A stretch of 40,349 nucleotides of DNA from Octopus bimaculoides. Lineage: Eukaryota. Below are positions 1 through 11,490 of this stretch, piece after piece; the first letter of the stretch is position 1; the number at the start of each line of letters is the position of its first letter. The DNA lies in contig NC_068992.1 of assembly GCF_001194135.2 (NCBI RefSeq), positions 55,549,440 through 55,589,788 of the forward strand, given 5' to 3'. The translations under genes and the position numbers were made by a program. The notes under the pieces were generated by a model. It saw nothing but the letters and a program-made list of their open reading frames with translations, made no database searches and had not been told where the DNA came from.

Positions 1-31
<31 letters not shown>

Positions 32-32
32 C

Positions 33-378
33 ATATGGTTCCATATGGTTCCGGATTCAGTCCCACTGCGTAGCACCTTGAACAAGTGTCTTCTACTATA
101 ACCTCGGACTGACCCCAGTCTTGTGAGTAGATTTGGCACTCATAAACTGAAAGAGACCCGTCGTATATATAAATATGTGTATATATGTTTGCCTCTGTGT
201 TACCCATACACACACACACAACCGGTGTTGGTGTGGTTACGTCTCCTTAACTTAGCGACTCGTTTAAAGAGAAAGATAGAATAAGTACCAGGGTTTATAA
301 AACTTAAATACTGGGGTCGGTTCTAACATTCTTCAAGGCGGTGCCCCAGCATGGCCGCAGCCTAATGACTGAAACAAT
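33..378 (+). mobile_element. tRNA-derived SINE, family A (local label), 5'-truncated
   Basis: B-box-like GGATTCAGTCCC, internal (TA)/(TG) tract and tail GGCGGTGCCCCAGCATGGCCGCAGCCTAATGACTGAAAC. Homologous to the copies at 20270-20669, 28866-28914 and 29720-29880. Confidence 0.85.
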
Positions 379-419
379 TATAATAAAATATATATAAATA
401 TAGATAGGTAGGTAGATGT

Positions 420-610
420 ATAGACTGACTTACTTGGGTGAGCGAGTGTGTTTGTTCGCGTGTGTGTGTATGTGTGTGTGTGCATACGTGTGCGTACGTG
501 TTTGTGTGTGTGCATTTTTATGTGTATGTGTGCGTGCGTGCGAATTTGTGTGTGTTTGTGTGTGTGTCTGCGTGCACCTGCGCGCGCGTGTGTGTGTATG
601 CGTGCATGCG
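420..610. repeat. degenerate (TG)n/(CG)n microsatellite
   Basis: Direct reading; explains the overlapping CV/HT-rich ORFs. Confidence 0.95.
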
Positions 611-1587
611 TAAATTTTAGCCAGAGTTTTGCCAATTCGATACTTCGTTTTTGTTTATCGTATTCGTTCATTCAAATTCTTGCCCATTTAGCTAATAAGG
701 AAAATGTAACGTTGACTTCACTGACATTATTTTTGTCACACATTATTGTTGTTGTTTGTTGACGTTTCCAAAATTTCTGGAAGTTATAAAAGATTTCCTT
801 CTAAACTATTTCCATTCTACTTACACACGATGTTATACTTAATAATAATTACATTCCAGCCTTTCAATGCATTCCATTTTCAACCTACGCACCTCTAAAG
901 CAGTTTTCTTTCCTTTTCCTTTATAACTTCTCGTCAACAAATATATTTAAGAATCTATTCAACTGAACATTGCTTAAAGCAAAATTCCCCTTCCCCACTC
1001 ATTTTTTTTTTTGTCTATTTTAGCCTTTTATTTCTTTATAGTTGTTTGTTTCTCTTTATCGTTAATAATCTCTCGAAATATTTTTTCCATTAGATTTATA
1101 TGTTCATTTCCATGTCTCATGGATTTCCTTTTATTGTCGTTCTTATGGAACATCATTTTCCTACGTTTTTCTTGTAACTGGTTTTTCTTTTTGTTTTTAA
1201 TTTATTTCAGTTTATTCAATACGACATAAGATACAGTATAACGTAGGGCTATTAGTGTCAAATCGTTAAATTACTTTTAATAGCTTGCATAGATCATAGT
1301 TGTTTTACTTTTCTGTTCATAATCTTTCAACATCTACCTAAATTCTTAAGATTCATTAAATAATAAATTTAAGTTTAGAAGAGGAACTGAGATAATTTTT
1401 CTTCGTACTTCTATTTATTCTCTTCTGTAAAGAGAAAGCATGCGAATATAATACAGAGAGAAAATTACTGAAATTCACTAACTTCTCTTGGTGTCGTTTG
1501 AATTATTTTTCAAGTTTAGTTTTTTTATCTGATTAAAATATTCATTTCTAAATAAGACATCAGACTAAGCATATATACTGGGATACA

Positions 1588-1588
<1 letters not shown>

Positions 1589-1634
<46 letters not shown>

Positions 1635-1642
1635 CGCGCGCG
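1589..1642. repeat. (TG)n(CG)8 alternating purine-pyrimidine tract
   Basis: Direct reading. Confidence 0.95.
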
Positions 1643-1815
1643 AATGTGTGCCTGTCTGAATTAAACAAATGATAGAAATGAAACTAAATTTACCACATAA
1701 AAACATGGAATAGGTATTTTTACATCCTTCTTCGTTTCTAAGTGCTCATTATGTCAGCCGCTGTAGAACAAAAGACAGTTACTTATTTAATCACACAATA
1801 TATAACAATAGATTA

Positions 1816-2021
1816 AGGCAGCGAGCTGGTAGAATCGTTAGCACGCCGGACAAAAATGCTTAGCGGCATTTCGTCCGTCATTACGCTCGGAGTTCAACTT
1901 CCGTCGAGGTCGACTTTACCTCTCATCTTTCGGGATCGTTAAAATATATACCAGCCGAGCACTGGGGTCGATGTAATCGACTTATCCCCGAAATTGTTGG
2001 CATTTTGCCAATATTTGATAC
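1816..2021 (+). mobile_element. SINE family B, full length, with 20-bp TSD
   Basis: Head AAGGCAGCGAGCTGGTAGAATCGTTAGCACG, B-box-like GAGTTCAACTTCC. TSD CAATATATAACAATAGATTA at 1796-1815 and, split by the MITE, at 2022-2028 plus 2137-2149. Confidence 0.9.
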
Positions 2022-2028
2022 CAATATA

Positions 2029-2134
2029 CGAGGGGTGTATGAAAGGTTTTGAGCCTTGAAGTCTTGTACCTTCATCAGGAGTCTTGTACCATGTTTTGTT
2101 TGTTTGAGGTGCATGACTTTTCATACACCCCTCA
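2029..2134. mobile_element. Tc1/mariner-derived MITE (106 bp, MADE-like)
   Basis: 18-bp TIRs CGAGGGGTGTATGAAAGG / CTTTTCATACACCCCTCA with 2 mismatches, flanked by TA at 2027-2028 and 2135-2136. The TIR resembles CGAGGGG-type mariner ends such as Hsmar2. Confidence 0.85.
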
Positions 2135-2501
2135 TATAACAATAGATTATATCGGCCTCAGGGCATGACTGGTACTGTATTATAAGAAGAGAGAGGCCAA
2201 AAGGCAAACCGACCGAAGCCAACTAACAGCGCAAAGCATTTTGTCTAATGTTCCATTCTACCAGTCCATCACTCTCTCTGGTTTAAATTATATATTTGGT
2301 TTTAATACAGTCATAAGGCCTAATGTAGATGGCTGGGGAAAATATAGTCATTAAAATTAAAGAATTACTAAACGTACTTAATTAGTATTAATTTAAAACC
2401 CTCCGAAAATAAAAGGAAATGGCGACTTCGATCAGATTGAAATAGTTGCTGAATGCTACAAGGCTTGCTGGCTGACGTTGTAATGAGTCTTTCCATCTGT
2501 T

Positions 2502-2871
2502 GTCGCTTATTACGTCGAGGGTTTCAGTTGATCCGATCAACGAAACAGCCTGTTCGTGAAATTAACGTGCAAGTGGCTGAGCACTCCACAGACGAGTGTA
2601 ACCTTAACGTAGTGCTCGGGGATATTCAGCGTGACACAGTATGACAAGGCTAACCTTTTGAATTACAGGCACAACAGAAACAGGAAGTAAGAGTGAGAGA
2701 AAGTTGTGGTGAAAGTGTACAGCAGGGTTCGCCACCATCCCCTGCCGGAGCCTCGTGGAGCTTTAGGTGTTTTCGCTCAATAAACACTCACAACGCCCGG
2801 TCTGGGAATCGAAACCGCGATCCTATGATCGCGAGTCCGCTGCCCTAACCACTGGGCCATTGCGCCTCCAC
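2502..2871 (-). mobile_element. young tRNA-derived SINE, family C
   Basis: Minus strand has A box TGGCCCAGTGG and B box GGTTTCGATTCCC; about 93% identical to 4250-4635 by manual count. Confidence 0.92.
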
Positions 2872-3029
2872 AGGTAGGTAGGTAGGTAGGTTTCATTGAA
2901 GACAAATATTTTATTTAAAATTCCGGAAAAACAACAGATTTTCAATTAAAACATTTGAATCAGCAAATGAAAATTAGTGTTGCAAACGTATAAAAAACAT
3001 AACTATTCCATTTTACTTTACAAAACATC

Positions 3030-3320
3030 AACTAATGTTATTCTAGTAGAAAATGTGCAAACCTCATAACTGTAGCTGTTACACTGGATCTACAGATTCC
3101 CGCCGGCTTTCGATGCATTTACAACAAAGAGCTATTGCAATGAATGTATTATACAACATAAAGAATAACTAAGAAAAAGAAAACAAGAATTAATATCACA
3201 AAATTATATAGAAATTACCCAAAAGCTAGATTAGCTAGATTAGCCTTAGAAGCTATAGCAACACTAACACAGAACGCAAAAATTATCAAGCATTTATACA
3301 CTACCTTTAAAATACCATTC
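3030..3320 (+). mobile_element. decayed Penelope-like element, GIY-YIG endonuclease remnant
   Basis: Frameshifted translation TNVI...CKPHNCSCYTGSTDSRRLSMHLQQRAI...RLALEAI resembles the PLE EN pattern NVIY..C..C.YIG.T..LSRRLTMHL...RL.ILEA (recalled consensus). Confidence 0.5.
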
Positions 3321-3522
3321 AACTTGTTCGTGTTTGTATTATGACATACACTCAGGAACTAGTGTGAAAAAAGGAGGAAGTAAGAAGGAGGAAACTAGTG
3401 CGAGAAAAGGAGGAAAGGGTCCGTAGGTCTACTGCTTGTTGTAAAGTAGAGTCCCAAAAAAAATCACCTAAGAGCAAGTTGAGAGTATTAAACTGGATGA
3501 CGAATGATACTTTTGCGACACA

Positions 3523-3714
3523 AATTTTGACACAGGGCCAACAATTTTAGGGGAGGGAATTTTGTCGATTAAATTGATTCCAGTTCTTGACTGGATCTTT
3601 TGTATTGACCTTGGAGGGATGAATGTCATATCTGACTTTCATCGCATTTGAAATCAAAAGGTAACGAGTCGGAAATAGTACCCCCAAGCGGTGATCTAAC
3701 GATTCTGACAGCCC
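3523..3714 (-). mobile_element. old degenerate SINE family B copy
   Basis: Remnants of tail (AAATTTTGACACAGGGCCA) and head (CTAACGATTCTGACAGC) in family B order. Confidence 0.65.
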
Positions 3715-3772
3715 TTTGTTCCCATTGATGATGAGTATTTCGATGATACTACTTCGCTGATGATGATGTCAA

Positions 3773-3958
<186 letters not shown>

Positions 3959-4249
3959 TTTCAGTTATTTGGCACGAGGACGAAGGATGACATATATTAA
4001 GTGTCGGGTTTGCATATTATAAAATAATTAAATAAGTAAAAAAAAATGTAAGTATACACGGTACACGATGAAAGGAAAGGGAAATATACATAGTATACAA
4101 AGGTTTAAAAAAAGCGGGGTCATAGTGATTTAGCCCTCCTGATAGAGGATGACCTCTAGGGATAATCGAAGAAACCCCTTATTCGAGATTTCACTGCACA
4201 CCAAGAGCAAGTGCCCTCTCCAGTTCTCCTTCTCCTACTCACAGGCCTA

Positions 4250-4635
4250 GTGGTGACGCAATGGCCCAGTGGTTAGGGCAGCGGACTCGCGGTCATAGGA
4301 TCGCGATTTCGATTCCCAGACCGGGCGTTGTGAGTGTTTATTGAGCGAAAACGCCTAAAGCTCCATGAGGCTCCGGCAGGGGATGGTGGCGAACCCTGCT
4401 GTACTCTTTCACCACAACTTTCTCTCACCCTTACTTCTTGTTTCTGTTGTGCCAGTAATTCAAAGGGTCAGCCTTGTCACACTGTGTCACGCTGAATATC
4501 CCCTGAGAACTACGTTAAGGGTACACGTGTCTGTGGAGTGCTCAGCCGCTTGCACGTTAATTTCACGAGCAGGTTGTTCTGTTGATCGGATCAACTGGAA
4601 CCCTCGACGTCGTAAGCGACGGAGTGCCAACAACA
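4250..4635 (+). mobile_element. young SINE family C, full length, with 13-bp TSD
   Basis: A and B boxes, (CAA)n tail, TSD ACTCACAGGCCTA at 4237-4249 and 4636-4648. Confidence 0.95.
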
Positions 4636-4805
4636 ACTCACAGGCCTACGTTTAGAGAGATACCATGCACTCTTGCCATTTTCGCAACGTTCACCCACCG
4701 TTCAATAATCTCACTTGAGAACATCACTTCCCTCTCCACCCACAATTTCATTTCCAAGTGAAACTCAATGACGTCAATGAGAGTTCTACCAAACAATAAT
4801 TATAA

Positions 4806-4976
4806 TAATCCTTTCTACTATAGGCACAAGGCCTGAAATTTTGGAGGATGGGGTCAATCGATTAGATCGACATCATTACGCCGCTGGTACTTAATTTATC
4901 GACTCCGAAATGTTGAAACGTAAAGTTGACCTCGGAAGAATTTGAACTCAGAACGTAGCAACGTGCGAAATACCGC
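4806..4976 (-). mobile_element. SINE family B, second tail subtype, 5'-truncated
   Basis: Plus strand reads AATCCTTTCTACTATAGGCACAAGGCCTGAAATT and GGTACTTAATTTATCGAC...GAATTTGAACTCAGAACG. Confidence 0.85.
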
Positions 4977-5045
4977 AATAATAAGTGATACATTTAAATA
5001 TATATATGTATGCATGTATATGCATGTATTTCAGTATACATAGAT

Positions 5046-5081
5046 ACACACACACATACATACATACATACATACATACAT

Positions 5082-5129
<48 letters not shown>

Positions 5130-5150
5130 ATATATATATATATATATATA
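5046..5150. repeat. (CATA)n(CA)n(TA)n microsatellite
   Basis: Direct reading. Confidence 0.95.
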
Positions 5151-5696
5151 AGTTTAAAAGAATGAATGAATAGTAGTGACGAATGATAACAATCTCCTAT
5201 TTTAAAATATTATTGGAAATGACAATGATAGTGCGACCTACATAACTTTTAGGGGACACTCGCCCTTGTATAGTGAATCTGCTTCAAACAGGTGCTTACA
5301 TCTACTATACACTTCCTATCTTCACTGATACCTATCGAATTATATTAATGTCTTCTTAGTATTCACGAGACTAACGATCACAAGGAGGCTGTATATTCAA
5401 TTAACTCAAGCGAGGCCTAAACTGTTGTACACATTTTATCGTCAGAGCAGAATTAGATGAACACCTCCAGCACATTGTATACGCAAATCAACACAAGACA
5501 AAATAAAATAAGCAAAACCTAAAACGTTTCGAATAACCTTAAGGCATTTTGTCTTCCGATGCTGCACGTTTTTTGTATTTTGTTTTTTTAAAGCTAACGC
5601 GACACCATGGCAATTAATGTATCATTGCCAAAATATCTAGGGATATTAAAGTATGAGCGCCGACGACGAATCGAAGCTCTGCTGTGAACGCTAGTC

Positions 5697-5898
5697 ATGA
5701 TGACGATGATAATTCTGACGATGATGATGATGACAGTGGTGATGGTGGTGGTAATGGTGGTAGCAGTGGTGGCGGCGGCGGCGGGAGCAATGATAATGAT
5801 GACGATGATGATGTATTTATACTTACATGACTACGAATCGATCGCCACTTCGAACCAAACCAGTAAAAAAAAAAAACAACAACAACAACAACAAAAGC

Positions 5899-5961
<63 letters not shown>
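5697..5961. repeat. compound triplet tract (GAT)/(GGT)/(GGC)/(CAA)/(TAA)
   Basis: Direct reading. Confidence 0.9.
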
Positions 5962-5965
<4 letters not shown>

Positions 5966-7169
5966 TTGAAGTTTCTTATCAAAACATCACTTGAAGCTTT
6001 ATTCATCAATCAGCCAAACAATTTAATATCGTAAACTTTATACATTGCCACGTCAGTAATATTGCACACTCTAAAGAAAACAGCCAAGTTAAACCTTATA
6101 AAATAATTTACAAATGATTACTATAACCGTTTAGGCTAGAATTACAGAAATGTGATTAAATTCTTCAGCTTAATGGTGCTGAAAAACATTTATTCCAATA
6201 ATCTTTTAAGCAAAACGACATTTTGCACTGCACGAGTTATGCAGATAATCTCTAACCAAGATCTTATGAGAGAAAGATTCAATAGCGCCCTGCAATTTTC
6301 TTAATCTCTAATCTTTATGATCTCTGTAGGCTTCACAGCTTTGAAGATGATGCATTCAAAATATTGGTTTTTCTCATCTTCATTCCTGAACTTGTCTCTT
6401 TTTCTTTTATCATCACTCACATCAATATATATATATTTCTTTCTTCTTTAATCTCTCCCTCTGCCATTGTTTTCTCTTTAACTTTATTCTTTCGCATTAT
6501 ATTCCACTTTTACGTCTTTCCTATCTAACCTACCTGCTTCTTTATACGAATTTCCATTGTAAAGATCACAACTGGACTATCTATCTATCTATTTATCTAT
6601 CTATCTATTTATCTATCTATCTATTTATCTACCTGTTTGTCTGTTGCCTGTCTCCCTGACTCTCTGTTTCTCTATATATTTATCTTCCTATTTATTTATT
6701 TCTCTTTGTAAATATATAATTTATTTTTCTCTCGGCTTTTAAAATATTCTTATATTATTTTTATTTTCTGCCTAAATTTTGTTGAATTCTTCCATTTGTT
6801 TCCTTTCACTTTATCAGCTATCTGTTTCTCTATTTGTGTATATATCTATCAAACTAACCAACAGTTTATTTATATGCTTCGCTTTCCCATTTAGGTGTTT
6901 TTTTTCTCAATTTTCATATAGCCATCAAAGATTTTATCAAACTATCGTTTATCCTACAATTTCGAACTGTCAAAAAGAAAAGAATAAAAATCGTGTTTCA
7001 AATACGTAATTATACACACACACATACACACACACAAACAAAGACACACACATACACACTCGTGCATATCTACAAACTTGTAGACACGCACTTGTATTTA
7101 TATAATTGAGGAAGATAGACAGATGTACATATTTAGACATAGAGATGCGCGCGCGCACACACAAATACA

Positions 7170-7234
<65 letters not shown>

Positions 7235-7876
7235 ATATATAAATGAGACAAAACTATAATTGCAGTACAGAAGTAGAATAGTACATCGAGTGAGCATAAT
7301 TTCCCAAGTGCAATTGTTATCAATAATAGTGGCGGTAAAAACTGATCTAAACTTAGTAAAGGTTTATCACATAAGCCGAATGTTCATAAATGAACCTTTA
7401 CTAAGTTGGTATACAATTTCGTTACATCGCTTACCCTACACATGTAGGAAACGTTATATCGATTTAGGGGGACTAAAAGGTAAAAAGATCAATACAGCAA
7501 GTGGTGACCTCCCAGTGTAAATCGTTGCAGATTAATTCAAAACTTTAAACTTCAGAATCAGTGCTGTTTCTACCTTAACATCGCAGTTCAGAGTACGTGT
7601 GCCTATATCAGAGGCTATGAAGATACGTATGATATGAAAGAGCGGACTATGCCAAGTACACTACAACATAGGCAAAAGATAGTGTGTTTCTTAAGACGGC
7701 ATTTATGTCTACTCTTCAATTATAAATATATATATTATTTCTTAGTTCTTTTGCAATAGTTGCTTTCACCAATGTATTGAAGCTGCTTTCATTTATATAT
7801 TGTATTGAGGCCGTCTTAGTCTATCATAAACAGGTAGATATTTATTTTCTTCGATGCTTGATATTTCATCATACTC

Positions 7877-8225
7877 ATGTATGATAAAATATCATACTTT
7901 AAATACTTAGAAAGTGGTTCCCATATAAAATTCAAGAGCAGATTCTCGTTCAAAGTAAATGCAGATATGAACTGTAAGACGCAGCATCTCATATACTGTA
8001 TTACTTTCCCCAAACAATTCCTTCTACCAACGTGCAAGAATCCCCAGACAGCACATCCGACAAGAGGAATTACGTACAATTCCACTGGGGAAGCATCTAG
8101 AAATATGCAGTGAAGGAAAGTTCAAAATCTTTCCCTTTTACAAATTTTCGAGAGATGACTCAAAATTCCGAAACGTAATGGAGCTACACTTCATCAAAAA
8201 ATTCTCTCCAAAATTAAATGTTTGA
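7877..8225 (+). mobile_element. Penelope-like element linker and GIY-YIG endonuclease 3' end, frameshifted
   Basis: First frame KYLESGSHIKFKSRFSFKVNADMNCKTQHLIYCITF; second frame (8028-8225) QRARIPRQHIRQEELRTIPLGKHLEICSEGKFKIFPFYKFSRDDSKFRNVMELHFIKKFSPKLNV*. Matches the PLE pattern MNC...LIYCI...F.IFPFY...E..FI..F.P.LN. Confidence 0.8.
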
Positions 8226-8991
8226 AAGAGAAGCAGAGGAACTACATTTTTATTATAATTTTTTTAATAGTAGTGATGATTGGTGAAGAGAAAACATTTA
8301 TATTACACTATTACTGTTGTTTCTGAATGTGGTTCCAATATTAATAATGTGATACTCATCTCTATAAATGATCAGATATATATAACATTGGGATTTTGGC
8401 AACTGCTGTTCTTACAGAATTTACATATACCCGAAAAAGAATACTAGAACCATTTTACCACTGATTGGAAAAGATATCTAATGTAGATATTTGGCAAAGT
8501 AATTCGCGAAAAATATCTTTTGAATTATCTTATCAATGCAAGAAAGAAAACGAAAAATAAATCCTACAAAAAGATGAAAGATACTCAAAAATATATTTAA
8601 GCAGGCGCTACTTTATTATATAATTTATATCCTACAGAGTGGCTCCCAGCTAAATACACAATATACATACAAAACCCATTTATGATGTTTGATTAAATGT
8701 ACATAGAGAATAGATTGAATTATAAATAGTACCAAATTATTATTTTTATATTCTGACTTTATTTTCCTTCTTTTATAAATATTGTACTACTACGAGAATG
8801 TTTGCTCATGCAAAACATGGAATTACACAGAATATGGGGCTTGTGTATACTATACAAGTGTAAAGGAATATACATTTTCATAGTACTTTGAACTTTGAGC
8901 TATTTTCTATTGTCCAGTGATGACCGCAACTTCCCTTTATTTCTTTTTTTTTTTCCATCCTACTTCCTAAAACTGACATCTTGAAAGGTCA

Positions 8992-9205
8992 CCAGATGCT
9001 ATATTAAATCTACTGCACTCTTATAGACGCCCTATGAAATCTACTGCGCTCCGATAGACGCTGTATGAAATCTACTGCTCTCTTATGGACGCTATATGAA
9101 ATCTACTGTATTCTGATGAACGCTGTCTAAAATTTGCACTTTAATGGACACTATATTAAATCCACTGCTTTCTAGAAGATCCAGTATAAAATCTACTACA
9201 TTCTG
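8992..9205. repeat. 31-bp minisatellite, about 7 diverged units
   Basis: Units starting AAATCTACTG at 9006, 9037, 9068 and 9099, with degenerate units after. Confidence 0.9.
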
Positions 9206-10769
9206 ACTGTCATGTGAGTATTTTTAAACTATCGATGGGATAGAATATTCAAAGGCTTCAGTAATGTCTAATATAAAAGTTTACATGTTAATATACTTAT
9301 TTTTCCTTGGTACTTGCCTTAAAATGCGTTGGGAATCTAGTAACAAACTATCGAGAAAAAGTACAGTTCGGTATGCTTGGAGACATTTCCAAAATTAATT
9401 TAAGAAAATTCATTTTATCAAGCATAAATGTATATTCTGGTTTAACAGAAATCCTTGTTCAACGAAATACTTTGCTTGGAAATTCGAAATGTCACAAGAG
9501 ATACGAACATGGAAAACCATTAAGTACAATAAATTCTAATTTAAGATTAAGAAAATGTTTACAGTATTTGACCTAGCTTTGCAGCTCCACCGGATTCGAT
9601 AATCTACGAACCACTCTTGCATTGGAATATTGTATTGATTGTATTCTTTCTCTTACAATCTGGGACCCATGTTTCAATGAGTAAAAGGATTTATATTTCT
9701 TATATATATAAATTGCAAAATAAGATAAATCCATATGAATAAAGTTAATCCTTGTCAGTAACTACTCGAGGATGCTACTGTAATGTTTAGTCATAAATTT
9801 TACTGTAGGCGGATTGTAGACAAGCAGACTTTACTAGATATAAAGATGGACAAATCCATGATTAATGTGTTTCTAAGTTGCAACAAGTAATTTATCAGTC
9901 GGATGTCCAGTGTTTTGTAACCTCTTACGACCGATGCACCATTCGATGTTTCTGTAACTATGGCACGCAAACAGTGAATGTCTCAATGCTGCTACTTCTA
10001 AACGAGTCCTACAAACTGCTAAAATCCAGCGGAATAGTAAACAAAACTATCGTAAATTCCACCTTGCAATGTCAGACTAGAGCCTGGAGCAAGTGAAAAA
10101 TTCACTATTAAACTAACTTGTACTGGATACATTATATGAAAACGAAGTATGGGATTGTACCTCTATAATTTGCTGGGTTATTGTAAACCCCAACTGCATT
10201 CTTCCTAACAACCATGAAATCTCATAACCCCAAACAGATTCAAGAAATAATCGATAGATGGATTTAAATCTTATCATTTATTATGGCTCGGTTTTGATGT
10301 TAAAGCATTGGACATGCATTTTCCCTACAGGCTGTTGTTGCAAGCAAAAAAATTTTACGTAAGCCTAACTTTTTCATCATTCATGAACGAATACTTCGTG
10401 ACCAGCATTAATTACTGTCATTTGTAAATGTTGAATTCAAAAGGAAGCTGAATCGCACTTCAATTATCTCGGGTACAATTACAGATCTACTAAAATATAG
10501 AGCATCTTCCAATGTATCGAGAGAGATTGCGGTTGTTTGAATTTCGTTCCAGGTTATAGAGATATTTGACTGTAAATTACAGCAGATAAAAATTAAAGTA
10601 AATTTCTAAAAGGTTCGTCATATTACCATGTTGCGATATATAACATGTAATTAATTTTGAATCAATGATTCGATGATAGCGAAATTCGACAGAGCATTCA
10701 TTTTCGTTCCATTTTACAATCCGCTTTTCAATTGTGTATCCCTATAACAAGTCATAGACATGTGTATAA

Positions 10770-10827
<58 letters not shown>

Positions 10828-11079
10828 GTGCGTGCGTGCGTTATATATATATATATATGTTAGCATACGCGTGTCGTCAAATATGCTGGCAGTTCTATTG
10901 TTACGACAAATGTAGGTAGAAGATTCTTTCGCCTAATAGATATTCACCTTCCGAGAAACCATATAGATACTGCAAAATTTTTAACGGATATACGATTAAA
11001 ATTACCTTTTCTTGCTACCCTAATGTTAAGACATGTCAATAAGTAATTGATGACTCAAGTCTGCCCTAGATGCACATGT

Positions 11080-11490
11080 AGAGACAAATGTAATGACTAT
11101 GTAGCTGATGTCTCCATTCTGGAGAGAACGAAAAGCAGCAGCATCGAGGCCAACATCCTGAAACATCGTCTGAGACAGGCGGGCCGCGTAGCAAGAATGA
11201 ATGAGACTAGGTTGCCTCGTCAAATTGTATATAGTGAACTTTCTACCGGAAGAAGAGTCCATGACTCTCCCCACCATCGATACAAGGACCAACTGGGACA
11301 TTGAAGCTGGCATCATTACTGTAACAAATCATTTTGAAGCTAATCGATATAGGAAAGAAGAGAAACGAGAAGAAAGAAAATGGAGGCTGTAACAACCAAA
11401 GCCTCCATCATGGAACCCTTGTGAACTTTGCAATAGACGCTTCCTTGCAAGAATCGGACTCTTTAGTCATCAGAGGGACTCAATACAGAA
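11080..11490 (+). mobile_element. RTE-clade LINE, 3' fragment of ORF2
   Basis: VSILERTKSSSIEANILKHRLRQAGRVARMNETRLPRQIVYSELSTG...RYKDQL, then NHFEANR...EEKREERK, then CELCNRRFLARIGLFSHQR. This is the typical RTE/BovB-like C-terminus with its terminal zinc-finger motif. Confidence 0.88.

Noticed and set aside
4250-4325. tRNA-like sequence with A and B boxes (also near 2800-2871, 14509-14580, 20060-20130 and 20600-20669)
   Set aside because: Each runs directly into a multicopy SINE body and tail, so these are SINE heads and not tRNA genes.
5370-5700. Weak PLE-like peptide (TRLTITRRL) and hammerhead-like words (CGGAAGA...CGAAAC on -, CCGACGA...CGAAG on +)
   Set aside because: The cores are non-canonical, stem I or stem III cannot be closed, and the peptide similarity is too short.
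8992-9205. Regularly spaced ~31-bp units as a possible CRISPR array
   Set aside because: The units are contiguous with no unique spacers, and the context is eukaryotic with no cas genes.
9878-9940. SDVQCFVTSYDRC resembling the Gypsy integrase zinc-finger DV..YV.SC..C
   Set aside because: A single short motif with a missing cysteine and no flanking integrase motifs.
10317-10364. 28-nt micro-exon-like signal (CCCTACAG...TTAC|GTAAGC)
   Set aside because: Too short to distinguish from chance splice-like sites, and its length is not a multiple of three.
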